A stretch of DNA of 64,000 nucleotides, from positions 1 to 64,000 of IMG/VR virus record IMGVR_UViG_3300044959_000200; one strand, 5' to 3'. Positions 48,753 through 58,492 of this stretch are shown here, in pieces (position 1 is the stretch's first letter; each line of letters opens with the position of its first letter). Origin of the DNA: an uncultured virus (IMG/VR IMGVR_UViG_3300044959_000200). Lineage: Duplodnaviria; Heunggongvirae; Uroviricota; Caudoviricetes. A program made the translations under genes and the position numbers. Below the pieces are notes generated by a model. The model was not told where the DNA came from, made no database searches, and saw only the letters and a list, made by a program, of their open reading frames with translations.

Positions 48753-51131
48753 TTACTGACTAATAGGCAGTTCGCAAATGCCGCCGGAGCACCACTTATC
48801 GTCGGTGTCGTGTTTAACGGTCAGTTCATCCACTTCTGAAATTTTAGCGATTGCTTCTTCGTATTGTTCTTTAGTGCATGGAATATATGGTGCTTGAAGG
48901 AAACCGTGGTTCAAAAGCGGCAGAAATGAAACACATTTCCATTGTCCTTCGAAGCACTTGAGCAAGCGAGCTAACGTATTGGCTTCATGAGGTTGGAAAG
49001 TAAGTGTTGCAGAAACCATGTTATCGCTCCAATAACGTTGAAGCGCTGTAAAAATTTGGGCTTGCTCCCACAAACTCAATTCTTCCGCTATCAGTACCCC
49101 AGGCTTAGTCTTACATGGGAAATACACAACCATCGTGCGAGGCGTTGTGCGATCCTTTTCGACACGGTAACCCGCTTTAGCGAGTTGTTTAACTAGTGGT
49201 GAACGGTAATCAAACCGAACGGTTCGCATATAGTAACGTGCGGTCGGAGCTTTCATACCCCCTTCAACGCCTGCAAGTAATGGCGTTGTACCCCCTGGTT
49301 TAATCGATGTGCGTTTGATTGATGTATTGACACCAAGCCAACTTGAATACTCAATATCCCATTTACAAATTTCGCGGTAACCAGCGTCCCACCAACGGAT
49401 GCACTCTTGCAAACCTAATTTAGAATACTGCTCAATTATACCCGCCATCGACGTACCGATGCGCCTATTGCGCACCATAACGGCGTTAGTGCGCTTATTG
49501 TGGGTCGGTACCAAAGTTACAGCTTTGGCATAACGATACGCATATTTCAGTGTCATCAAGTAATCATCAAGATTTTCGTGCCTTGTTGGGTAAGTTTCGA
49601 CAAGACAACAAAGCTCCATATCGTGCAATGTTTGTTCACCACATGGATTGAAACCTTTAGCGTTTTGATCTTTCCAGTCCGGCGGATCAATCAATCGTCC
49701 GTAGGCGCGAATTACGTCGAGCCATGCGTAACCTGGCTCCCCGTTGAGCACCGTACTGGCGGCAAGTTTTTCATAGTTGTAATTTAGAGGACAAAGTGCA
49801 GTGTTGTTCGAAGCCCAGAGATAGGACATCAGTGGGTGCGCGTCGATCTCAGCATTAAGTGCCTTCCATGCAGGATCACGCTCTAGCAGTGCTTTTTGCT
49901 TTTTTTCTAGTTTATCAATCTTGGCTTGAATAGCAGCGAATTCGGCATCAAGTACGCTGAGCCCTTTGGCTGCACGTTTTTGGCGAAGTTTGTCGATCTT
50001 TTTTTGTAGAGCGCACCACTCTGGGTTAGCTTTTTCAATTTCAGCCAGGCGCGCACGCATAGCATTGAGCTCAGTAGGATCTTTGAGTGTGATAAAATCA
50101 GTGTCCTCTGGATCACCGAGAGCGATTTCTGAGCTACGGCGCACATTACCAGCAACGACACATTTGCCAATCATGTTCATGATTGACGTAATGGTCTTGC
50201 CACTAATAGGCTGCCCAACAACGCTGTACAACATGTTTGTAAGCGTTGTTAGCAACTGCTCTAGCGGTTTTGATCCGCTTGCGGTGCCTCCAAAAGTTTT
50301 GAGAGGAGTGCCTTCTTTTCGAATCTGCGAATAATCCCATGCGCGTGGTAGGGCACCTCGCCCGACAAATGCATTGAGTACGATGCGCACGCACTCAATC
50401 CATCCTTCGCGTGAATCTTCAACAATATGTGTATCAAGCGACGTAGCAGGATAAACAAGTGTGACACGACCTGCGCCACGCAGATCGAATCCCATGCCGA
50501 CCCCAAGCATGGAATAGTCCATGAGCACGCAGAAAGGTTCGGCGAAATCTTGATCGATGTTTTCAGTTGAGACGAAGCCGCAGTTATTTAGGGCCGCGCC
50601 ACCTTTGATCTCCATGGCTTCAGTGCCCATGAACCACAGCCCACGACCAGGGGGCGTGAACTTAAAAAGCCATATACGTTTGAACATCTCTTGTGCGTGA
50701 TGCTGCTCTTCGTCATCACTCCATGGCTGTCCTGTATCGCGCACTTGTTGTTTGAGAATTGAGCTTACGCCTTCCACTACACGCAGTACTGTTTGCCAAT
50801 ATTGCTCGTGTGTTTGTTTACTCTTTTTCGCGTATTCATCTGCAGCCTGCTCACTCATACCTCGGTACAACATGGCTTGCTCTTTAAGGAGCTTTTTCGA
50901 TACAGGCCGCGCGTAGGTGCGTTCGTAGATGATTCGGCTGAGAAGCCCAAAACCCCATGGAGGTTGCTTGTCGACGTAATTAGCGACGAACGCAGGGTCG
51001 AGGCGGAAACGATTTTCATCACGAATGACGAAGACCTGGTCTTCTTTCTTACTCACGCGATGTTGTGATGTTTTAGATACCGAGTTGATTGGAGTTGAAA
51101 CAATAGACGATGTTGTGGGAGACCCTTCCAT
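48753..51131 (-). CDS. nrdJ: Class II (B12-dependent) ribonucleotide reductase, RTPR-like
   Basis: PPGRGLW, LNNC, GNVRRS, NPCGEQ, SIKPGGT, C-terminal CSGGIC; no beta subunit nearby. Confidence 0.92.
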   Translation of the reverse strand: MEGSPTTSSIVSTPINSVSKTSQHRVSKKEDQVFVIRDENRFRLDPAFVANYVDKQPPWGFGLLSRIIYERTYARPVSKKLLKEQAMLYRGMSEQAADEYAKKSKQTHEQYWQTVLRVVEGVSSILKQQVRDTGQPWSDDEEQHHAQEMFKRIWLFKFTPPGRGLWFMGTEAMEIKGGAALNNCGFVSTENIDQDFAEPFCVLMDYSMLGVGMGFDLRGAGRVTLVYPATSLDTHIVEDSREGWIECVRIVLNAFVGRGALPRAWDYSQIRKEGTPLKTFGGTASGSKPLEQLLTTLTNMLYSVVGQPISGKTITSIMNMIGKCVVAGNVRRSSEIALGDPEDTDFITLKDPTELNAMRARLAEIEKANPEWCALQKKIDKLRQKRAAKGLSVLDAEFAAIQAKIDKLEKKQKALLERDPAWKALNAEIDAHPLMSYLWASNNTALCPLNYNYEKLAASTVLNGEPGYAWLDVIRAYGRLIDPPDWKDQNAKGFNPCGEQTLHDMELCCLVETYPTRHENLDDYLMTLKYAYRYAKAVTLVPTHNKRTNAVMVRNRRIGTSMAGIIEQYSKLGLQECIRWWDAGYREICKWDIEYSSWLGVNTSIKRTSIKPGGTTPLLAGVEGGMKAPTARYYMRTVRFDYRSPLVKQLAKAGYRVEKDRTTPRTMVVYFPCKTKPGVLIAEELSLWEQAQIFTALQRYWSDNMVSATLTFQPHEANTLARLLKCFEGQWKCVSFLPLLNHGFLQAPYIPCTKEQYEEAIAKISEVDELTVKHDTDDKWCSGGICELPISQ

Positions 51132-51141
51132 ATGACTCCTC

Positions 51142-51714
51142 TTAGATGTTGGTAGTGGATTTACGCCGTGTCCGTTGCATACGCTGCTTTGGAGACGACG
51201 TAACTAATGCATGTACAACTTCAGCTTGCGCTCGTGTTTGACAGCGAATGCGCTGATGAACGGCGCGAGCGATTTGTGCTAAGACTACTGCGTCAGCCTC
51301 GTTATCATCTGTGAGTGCCGTACCCCATTGCCGATTTACGGCGTTTAGAACATCATCTTTGTTAGCGGCGCCGTAACCGGAGGCGAAAAGCTTAAGCTGA
51401 GACGGCGCGACGATAAGAGGTTCCACGGCGGATAAATGATAGATTGTAAAGCGAACGACCCCACTTACCTCGCCGAGGGCAAATTCACGATGCACGCTGC
51501 CAAAGCTTGGACCTTCGATCGCAGCATGGAGAACGCGCCCGTTGCGCGAGGTGAGCGTGTCGGCGATAAAGCGATAGATCGCACCTAAGCGTTCGGCACC
51601 TCGGAGTTTTTCGCCTACCTTAGTGATAGCAGTGTACACTACAGTACCATCAGGTGCTACAAGCGCAAGGCCTGGTCGCTGAAGCGATTGATCGACGCCA
51701 AGGTAGAGTTGCAT
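51142..51714 (-). CDS. ruvC: RuvC-like Holliday junction resolvase
   Basis: LGVDQS, AIEG, P.QLK...GYG.ANK, DNEADA. Confidence 0.88.
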   Translation of the reverse strand: MQLYLGVDQSLQRPGLALVAPDGTVVYTAITKVGEKLRGAERLGAIYRFIADTLTSRNGRVLHAAIEGPSFGSVHREFALGEVSGVVRFTIYHLSAVEPLIVAPSQLKLFASGYGAANKDDVLNAVNRQWGTALTDDNEADAVVLAQIARAVHQRIRCQTRAQAEVVHALVTSSPKQRMQRTRRKSTTNI

Positions 51715-52624
51715 GTCTATACCTGTGACCATACGCATCCGCCAACAAGGCTATGTCCGCATCACTGGGTACCAAGCTACGCAGTGGGCTGTTACGGTGC
51801 CGGTAAGTGATCCACCATCTGATCCACCAATCGCTACGGATCCGCTATCATATGCACAGCTCTTCGTTGTGCGCAACGTTGGTGGATTTGACAGCTTTGA
51901 ACGTATTGCGACTCTCTCCGACTTCGCCACATTGCCGGTTAGTGAGTTGAAGTACTTCGATGTACGTGGTGCTGGTGGAGACTCCTTCTTTTTAGGAGCA
52001 TTGCCTGGAGATACACTACGCATTACAACTTCACTTCCGCATTGGCTTCAAAATCAAGCGCCGTACACGGATCAAGACTTCATCATTGCGCAAATTGCAA
52101 ATCGTGTACAAGGAACTGCTGCAAGTTGTTTTACAGGGTCTCAGCTGCAACTGCCTGGCTATACGTTCACTAACGATGATATTGGGCGGTGGGTTTTACT
52201 GAGTGGTTTTGCGAACCCTGCAAACAACGGTTACGCTCAGATCCTTGGTTACACAGGGTCTACAGCGCGAGTTAACAAGACGTTTACTAACGACACTGGC
52301 GGTACATGGGCTTTCCCGTGGGTGCGTGTGCAGGAAAGCTTTGCTGGGTTAGAGCCCCGCTATTTTCCGACGCGAGAACGAGGTCTTTCGTGGGAACTAC
52401 GGCGGGGCGGTGCTTTAATAGCGGCTGGAGGTGGCGGTGCGACGATGCGTGAGATCGAAGCACCATTAGTCCGTAGTGTGCGCAATACAACCATTTCACC
52501 TACACTTGATGCAGCACTTGATTTGTTCAACGTTGTGCGCCACGAAATTGCAAATCTTCAACGTGCTGCGACGCGAAACAATACTGCGTTCACCGTTTTG
52601 ATTACTACTACTGTGGGGCCTTGA
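51713..52624 (+). CDS. Putative virion structural protein
   Basis: 303 aa; FT..DIG.W motif like the repeats in 41796..45362. Confidence 0.6.
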   Translation: MSIPVTIRIRQQGYVRITGYQATQWAVTVPVSDPPSDPPIATDPLSYAQLFVVRNVGGFDSFERIATLSDFATLPVSELKYFDVRGAGGDSFFLGALPGDTLRITTSLPHWLQNQAPYTDQDFIIAQIANRVQGTAASCFTGSQLQLPGYTFTNDDIGRWVLLSGFANPANNGYAQILGYTGSTARVNKTFTNDTGGTWAFPWVRVQESFAGLEPRYFPTRERGLSWELRRGGALIAAGGGGATMREIEAPLVRSVRNTTISPTLDAALDLFNVVRHEIANLQRAATRNNTAFTVLITTTVGP

Positions 52625-52626
52625 AG

Positions 52627-53019
52627 ATGTCTTGGATTGTTGTCACTCAAAAAGAGATCGTAGTGCCACGTATTCCACCTGAAGTTACTACCTATATAGT
52701 GACAACGACGATTGATCAAGCAAGTGTTATCCCACGTGAATTATTTGTTTTTGCAACTGATACTGATGAATTTAGTAACGTTGCTCTCGTACGCGACATT
52801 GAAAGTTGGCCTGCCACTAAAGAAGAAGCTATTGCACGATATCTTGATTTTTATCGGAAGGCGGAGGTTACGCGTGAATTTACGATTAAAGAAAAGGCCG
52901 CTGCATTTGCTGCCGATGTGAGGCGACGTTTAGAAGCCGTTAACCGTGATTATGCAGGTGAAACTGGTGTGTTATTCGGTGGACAACATACTTTTGTATA
53001 CTCTACAGAAAGTCGATGA
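52627..53019 (+). CDS. Putative structural protein
   Basis: LFVF...F..VA...D motif also seen in both neighbouring genes. Confidence 0.6.
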   Translation: MSWIVVTQKEIVVPRIPPEVTTYIVTTTIDQASVIPRELFVFATDTDEFSNVALVRDIESWPATKEEAIARYLDFYRKAEVTREFTIKEKAAAFAADVRRRLEAVNRDYAGETGVLFGGQHTFVYSTESR

Positions 53020-54023
53020 GCACTATTCCACAAGTTATACAACAACGGCGTCCGATCACTCTAGTTGACGGTACACAAAAATTTGAAATCACAACGATTG
53101 TTGTTGATAAAGGAGATTTGCCTTTCAAAGATTTATTTGTCTTATCGATCTCCGACGCCAATGATCCAAAAGATGATGTGCTCGTGCGTGTTGCAACTCC
53201 ATATGACATACGGCAGACTGATCCGAATTCACCAAAATATGTAAAAGTCAAAGCTAATGATTTAATTGTGATTCCACCCGATACGTTCGCGCGAGTTGCT
53301 AATATCGATGAACTTACGGGCTTATTTCGCGACCGCACCACTGCTGTGCGTAACGGTCGCACTGAATATCTTTCGTCAGTTATGACAGTCGTTTACGATA
53401 CGCTTACAACGGCTGACGCAGCGTACAAGCAAATTCTGGCGCGGCTTTCAGCGCTAGTTGAAGACTGGCGCGCAGTCTTTACGCCGTTTGCCACTAATCC
53501 GACGCAATCTTACGACTTGCCTGTACCTGGTGTTTCTGTTGAAGATGAGCGCAAAAGAGCATACATCGCTGCGCGCAACGCACGGATTAAAGCTGAAGCA
53601 GACCGTGATGCAGCACAAGCCGCTGCAAACGCGTGTGAATCTGCTTGTGCAACAGACAAAGCAATTTACGATTTTTTAGTTGCTGACGTAGCGTTTCTCG
53701 AAGCTGCGCGCACAATCGTTGTTAATCTTCAGGATACGAGCATTCCGCCTGGTACACCACTTACGACTAATGTAAAAGATTTTGTACTCCAACAAGGAGC
53801 ATTTGCTGGCGACAATCGTTCATACCAAGCACTGCTTACTGCCAAAAAAGCCGCGCGCGATGAGTATGCAGCAAAAATCGCAGCATGCAGCGCTAACTGC
53901 GAACGCCTTGCAGCGGCTGTACTTGAAGCACAACGCATCGTCGATAACGCACGCGCTGCTGAGCGTGATGCGCTTTCTCGTGTTTATGAGGTCTGTCCCA
54001 CATTCGATCCTAACAGCGTATGA
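53016..54023 (+). CDS. Putative structural protein with Cys-containing coiled coil
   Basis: CESAC, CSANC and VCP in Ala-rich heptads. Confidence 0.6.
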   Translation: MSTIPQVIQQRRPITLVDGTQKFEITTIVVDKGDLPFKDLFVLSISDANDPKDDVLVRVATPYDIRQTDPNSPKYVKVKANDLIVIPPDTFARVANIDELTGLFRDRTTAVRNGRTEYLSSVMTVVYDTLTTADAAYKQILARLSALVEDWRAVFTPFATNPTQSYDLPVPGVSVEDERKRAYIAARNARIKAEADRDAAQAAANACESACATDKAIYDFLVADVAFLEAARTIVVNLQDTSIPPGTPLTTNVKDFVLQQGAFAGDNRSYQALLTAKKAARDEYAAKIAACSANCERLAAAVLEAQRIVDNARAAERDALSRVYEVCPTFDPNSV

Positions 54024-54034
54024 TTGAGGGCGTC

Positions 54035-55081
54035 ATGTACGACCTGTACAACGATCCCGGCCATAGTTTGCTTTCTTATCTGCTTGATCGCCACCCAGGT
54101 GCGGTAGCATTTGTTAAGGGCGCAGAATTTGAAGATAGACGCGACCAAATACCAGCTACAGCATTTGCGTGGCCTGAACGCGAAATGTTTCCGGTGCACA
54201 CTCCAGCACATGCGGTGGTTTCATACCTGTACGCCAAACATGGCGCAGCGCAGACAAAGGTTGCGGCGTCAGGACGCATTGTGCCCCTCGTACCGTCGAC
54301 TGTTGTAGCAGCGATTGAAGAGGCGCTCGATGCTTACGGTATTAAACGTTCAAAGCTTGCTGCCGTTCAAGAGAAAGTAGCTGAACTCCGTGAAGAGGAT
54401 TGTCTATTTCCAGAAACTAAGTCTTATCCTGTGCGCGACGCTAATGAGATTAAGATTGCTGAAGAACGTTTGTTGGAGCAAATCCGCAAGCTACGTCCTG
54501 AAACACGTGCCGCTGCATTCAGTAAGCTTGCAGCAGCAGCTGATGCGCACGGAGTAGAACTACGTACCGAGTCGTATCGCTGGGCAGGCCGAGCTTCAAC
54601 GGATCCGTACGCACTAGCTTCGACATTGGAAGTTCGTGCGATGCTTGCTAATGATGAGGAAGTGAAATCTGGTTATAGCAAGTTAGCTGAAGCTGTGCTC
54701 ACTGATCGGCATGGGCTGCGTAATTATGAAACGCGAGTGAAAATTGCAGCAGCAATCAATGAGCTAGATGAACTCGCTGGGCTCGCTAAATACTACGATC
54801 GCAAAATCCCTGATCCAATAGCGACTGTTTTCAACGCTGAGAAAGTTGCTGACGATGCGATCGATCTTGGTGGTGTATTTGTTCGTCCGATTCATTTGGA
54901 GCGTTTGCCCTTGACATTCTATTCCGATGCACTTGGTTCAGACGTAATCCGTGAAATTGCTCCAAATGGGCAACTAGATATTCAAAAAGTAGTAGAGATT
55001 GTCAACACATTACCAGCTGACATGAAAGCAGATTTTGCTAGGCAGCTTCGCGCAGCAGGTGTACCTGTTACTCAAGGCTGA
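54035..55081 (+). CDS. Putative head-associated protein rich in K-x-A
   Basis: GAGGG RBS before ATG 54035; two F.P....[FY]PV modules; near terminase. Confidence 0.55.
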   Translation: MYDLYNDPGHSLLSYLLDRHPGAVAFVKGAEFEDRRDQIPATAFAWPEREMFPVHTPAHAVVSYLYAKHGAAQTKVAASGRIVPLVPSTVVAAIEEALDAYGIKRSKLAAVQEKVAELREEDCLFPETKSYPVRDANEIKIAEERLLEQIRKLRPETRAAAFSKLAAAADAHGVELRTESYRWAGRASTDPYALASTLEVRAMLANDEEVKSGYSKLAEAVLTDRHGLRNYETRVKIAAAINELDELAGLAKYYDRKIPDPIATVFNAEKVADDAIDLGGVFVRPIHLERLPLTFYSDALGSDVIREIAPNGQLDIQKVVEIVNTLPADMKADFARQLRAAGVPVTQG

Positions 55082-55083
55082 AA

Positions 55084-55767
55084 ATGTCACATGCGATAGA
55101 GTTGCTCCGGAATCCTGAAGTTGAGCTGAGTGTAGCATGGCAAGCTGCAATGCATGCACTTGGCACTACGATTGGAGTTTGGGAACCAGATACTATTCGC
55201 ATTGAACTAGAACGGCACAAAGTACCTGCGACTGACTCGTTGATGGCGAAGCTATTAGCTGCGCAGACTATTGTGACGGGGTCTGTTTGGACTTACGACC
55301 ATGATGTGTTTTTTTCTATGGCGTTGGCTTGCGACGGTATCCCAGCTGCTGCTAACGCAATTCCTCATCCGACACCTGAGCAACTTTGCTGGGCTGTTTT
55401 GGAGATTGAGCGATTAACGGGTGAGCGTATCACTGAGGATCACGGCTTTGATCCAGATACAATCGATCCTGCTGTTGCCGCTGTGCTACATGATGAAGGT
55501 ATGGTATTGGCGCCGGATCCGTTGAGCTTTGCTCAAGATGTGCTTGATAAATTTACAAAACTTGACTGGGACTTCGTAAATCGCGTCGAGCAAGTGTGGC
55601 TTGAAAAGAAAAAGCTGCCTTACGAGGCTTTACAGCGTATACTTCGTGAAGAGCCGACTACAGCGCTCGACGTACAAATTCATCATTTGGCCATGTGCCG
55701 TGTACATTGCGACGAGCGTATGGAACGGCGTGTGCGTCAAAATGCAATCTTACAATACTCCGTCTAA
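55084..55767 (+). CDS. Hypothetical protein upstream of terminase
   Basis: 227 aa, overlaps the terminase start. Confidence 0.8.
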   Translation: MSHAIELLRNPEVELSVAWQAAMHALGTTIGVWEPDTIRIELERHKVPATDSLMAKLLAAQTIVTGSVWTYDHDVFFSMALACDGIPAAANAIPHPTPEQLCWAVLEIERLTGERITEDHGFDPDTIDPAVAAVLHDEGMVLAPDPLSFAQDVLDKFTKLDWDFVNRVEQVWLEKKKLPYEALQRILREEPTTALDVQIHHLAMCRVHCDERMERRVRQNAILQYSV

Positions 55768-57475
55768 TCAATCGAAGCGTTGTATTGAAGGGACACGTTC
55801 ATACTTTGCCGAACGTCTCCTAATGTGGGAGGGGAAACCATTTAGCCTGGAAGACTACCCAATGTTCCGGGCGATTTATGATGAGTCCCCTCAAAAAATG
55901 CTACTCAAAACTTGCCGGCAAGTCGGCAAGAGCATGACGCTCGCGACATTTGCAATTAGTGAGTGCGTTGTGATTCCGCACTTTAAAACATTTTTTATTG
56001 CGCCGACTAAAGAACAAACTCAAATTTTTTCAGTTTCTCGTGTCGGCAAATTAATGCAGTTTTCGCCGCTTATTCGTGACATATTTGTCAATGAGGAAAC
56101 CACAAATCGTGTGTTAGCGCGTTACTTTGCGCATGGGTCACAAATTGAATTTAGCTATGCCTCTGATGATGCGGATCGTTGTCGTGGCCGTTCTTGTGAT
56201 CGTCTGATGCTAGACGAAGTACAAGATATGCTGCTTGATGTTGTTCGCCCCGTTATCAAAGAATGTCTTGCAATGTCAAAAAAGGGGGGCTACCTCGTCC
56301 TTTGCGGTACACCGAAAACGATGGAGAACGGCATTGAGCAGATGTTCCAAGAATCAACGCAAACTGAGTGGGCGATTAAATGCGACAGTTGCGGCAGGTA
56401 CTCCATTTTGTTGAGTGAAACTCAGTGCGGTAAGCGGGGCCCAATCTGCACGAAGTGTAAATCATATTTGAATCCTCGTAATGGTGTTTGGGTTGATATG
56501 AATCCACAGCCACCAGATGAGGATGGGCACATTCGTCAAACCAAAGGTTACCACATATCACGGCCAATGATGCCTCAGTTTGTGCCTGCGGCATGGCCCA
56601 TAGGACCATTGCGTGATGCAGCGCTTGAAAAATGGAAAACTGATGTCTTATACAATCTCGAAGGACCTGAAGCTTACCCAATCTCAGTTTTTAGAAATGA
56701 GGTTATGGGGGTAAGTGACTCTCAAGGTCGTCGACTTGTTACTAAGGAAGTACTTCAAGCTGCGTGCGATGGTCCGCTGATTAGTCGAACGCCGACACGC
56801 GATAATCTCACAGGAGTTACTAAGATTGCTGCGGGTATTGATTGGTCTGGCGGCGGTATGGCAACAAAGTCGGGACCTGAAGGCGCAGTTACAATCAAAT
56901 CCCGCACAGTGCTCACAATCATCGGTAAACTTGGTCTTGGCCGTACACGTTTACTTTACTACAAGATATTTCCAGGCACATCGCCACTTCAAGAATTTGA
57001 AGAGATCTTTGATACCTTGATGCTCTACGATAAGGTTACTCACTACCGTATGTTTATCGGTGGCGATGCGGGTGAAGGTAATATGTCGATGGACATGTTA
57101 CGCAATAAAATCCAAAACCCGCAGCGTGTAATAAAGTTTCGCTACTCAGGTACGGCAGCAGCGTATCTATCGTGGAATAACAAAGGTAAGTTTGTAACGG
57201 TAAACCGTACAGTTTCTATTGACTCTCTTATGACAGCTCTCCTTCGCAAGGAGTTTCAATTTCCGCGTGAGTCTGACACGATCATGGAACAGCCCTTCAA
57301 GGACATCCTCGCGGAGTATGAAGAAGTGATCGGACAAACGGGAGCAACGCGTAAGGTTTGGCGCCACGCACCGAATCAACCCGATGACTTCTTGCACTCA
57401 CTGAACTTTGCACGTATGGCTCTACAAATTGGTAATCAAGAGGTGAACTTGACGTCATCCATTGACGATGACTAA
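55742..57475 (+). CDS. terL: Terminase large subunit (GpA-like, with Zn finger)
   Basis: CRQVGKS Walker A, LMLDEVQD Walker B, GTP coupling motif, CDSC..CTKC, AGIDWS nuclease, PDDFLHS. Confidence 0.9.
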   Translation: MQSYNTPSNQSKRCIEGTRSYFAERLLMWEGKPFSLEDYPMFRAIYDESPQKMLLKTCRQVGKSMTLATFAISECVVIPHFKTFFIAPTKEQTQIFSVSRVGKLMQFSPLIRDIFVNEETTNRVLARYFAHGSQIEFSYASDDADRCRGRSCDRLMLDEVQDMLLDVVRPVIKECLAMSKKGGYLVLCGTPKTMENGIEQMFQESTQTEWAIKCDSCGRYSILLSETQCGKRGPICTKCKSYLNPRNGVWVDMNPQPPDEDGHIRQTKGYHISRPMMPQFVPAAWPIGPLRDAALEKWKTDVLYNLEGPEAYPISVFRNEVMGVSDSQGRRLVTKEVLQAACDGPLISRTPTRDNLTGVTKIAAGIDWSGGGMATKSGPEGAVTIKSRTVLTIIGKLGLGRTRLLYYKIFPGTSPLQEFEEIFDTLMLYDKVTHYRMFIGGDAGEGNMSMDMLRNKIQNPQRVIKFRYSGTAAAYLSWNNKGKFVTVNRTVSIDSLMTALLRKEFQFPRESDTIMEQPFKDILAEYEEVIGQTGATRKVWRHAPNQPDDFLHSLNFARMALQIGNQEVNLTSSIDDD

Positions 57476-57514
57476 GAAGGTGTTTGAATAAGAACCTGTA
57501 CAAGGTTCTCTAGC

Positions 57515-58423
57515 ATGAACACCACACGGTCTACTAACGGAACACGCACAACTGGAAGCATTCACTTCGCTGAGAATCTTGAGTTTATTCAAACACTACC
57601 GTCAGCTTCTGTAGATCTCATTTACATCGATCCTCCATTTAATACAGGGAAGATCCAGCAACGAACGCAACTTAAGACAGTAAGCTCCGTTGAAGGTGAT
57701 CGCACAGGATTTCAAGGTCGTCGCTATAAGAGCATCGTTGTCGGCACAAAACGCTTCAGCGACATCTTCGACGACTATCTAGCCTTCTTAGAGCCACGAC
57801 TTGTTGAAGCGCATCGCGTTCTAGCCCCTCATGGATGTCTCTATTTCCATATAGACTACCGTGAAGTTCATTATTGCAAAATACTACTAGACGGTATTTT
57901 TGGGCGTGATGCGTTTCTTAACGAAATTATTTGGGCGTACGATTATGGCGGTCGGCCAAAAAACAAATGGCCTCCAAAACACGATAATATTTTGCTCTAC
58001 GCTAAAGATCCATCCAACTATATTTTCAATGTCGATGAAATTGAGCGTATCCCGTATATGACCCCAGGACTTGTTGGACCGGAGAAGGCTGCGCGCGGAA
58101 AACTCCCAACCGATACGTGGTGGCATACGATTGTTCCAACGAACGGTTCAGAAAAAACGGGCTATCCAACGCAGAAACCTCTCGGTATTCTTCGTCGAAT
58201 AATTCAAGCATCAACACGACCAGACGCCTTAGTACTAGACTTTTTTGCTGGAAGTGGGACTACAGGCGCTGCGGCACTTGAACTAGGTCGCCGATTTATT
58301 CTTGTCGACAATAATTTAGATGCTTTAGTAGTAATGGCTAAGCGGTTTGAAAACGTTGAAGGTATTGAGTGGGTAGGATTTAATCCTGAACCATACCAGA
58401 AAAACAAAAAGGAGCATAAATAA
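57515..58423 (+). CDS. N6-adenine/N4-cytosine DNA methyltransferase, beta class, orphan
   Basis: DPPF precedes YPTQKP and DFFAGSGTT. Confidence 0.95.
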   Translation: MNTTRSTNGTRTTGSIHFAENLEFIQTLPSASVDLIYIDPPFNTGKIQQRTQLKTVSSVEGDRTGFQGRRYKSIVVGTKRFSDIFDDYLAFLEPRLVEAHRVLAPHGCLYFHIDYREVHYCKILLDGIFGRDAFLNEIIWAYDYGGRPKNKWPPKHDNILLYAKDPSNYIFNVDEIERIPYMTPGLVGPEKAARGKLPTDTWWHTIVPTNGSEKTGYPTQKPLGILRRIIQASTRPDALVLDFFAGSGTTGAAALELGRRFILVDNNLDALVVMAKRFENVEGIEWVGFNPEPYQKNKKEHK

Positions 58424-58431
58424 TCAAAGCC

Positions 58432-58492
58432 AAAAAAACGCCCCGTTTACTCCGTAAACCTTCTAATTTTACGAAGCGTAACTACGGGGCGT
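58432..58492. terminator. Probable terminator between convergent genes
   Basis: ACGCCCCGT / ACGGGGCGT stem with adjacent A run. Confidence 0.55.

Noticed and set aside
49830..50078. Intein in the RNR (and in the PolA insertion at 62114-62415)
   Set aside because: No C/S...HN-C/S/T splice junctions or LAGLIDADG motifs; both inserts are helical and too short.
51142..51714. RuvC as a TnpB/Cas12-like or other RNA-guided nuclease
   Set aside because: About 190 aa with a contiguous classical resolvase motif set, no zinc finger, and no adjacent array or RNA gap.
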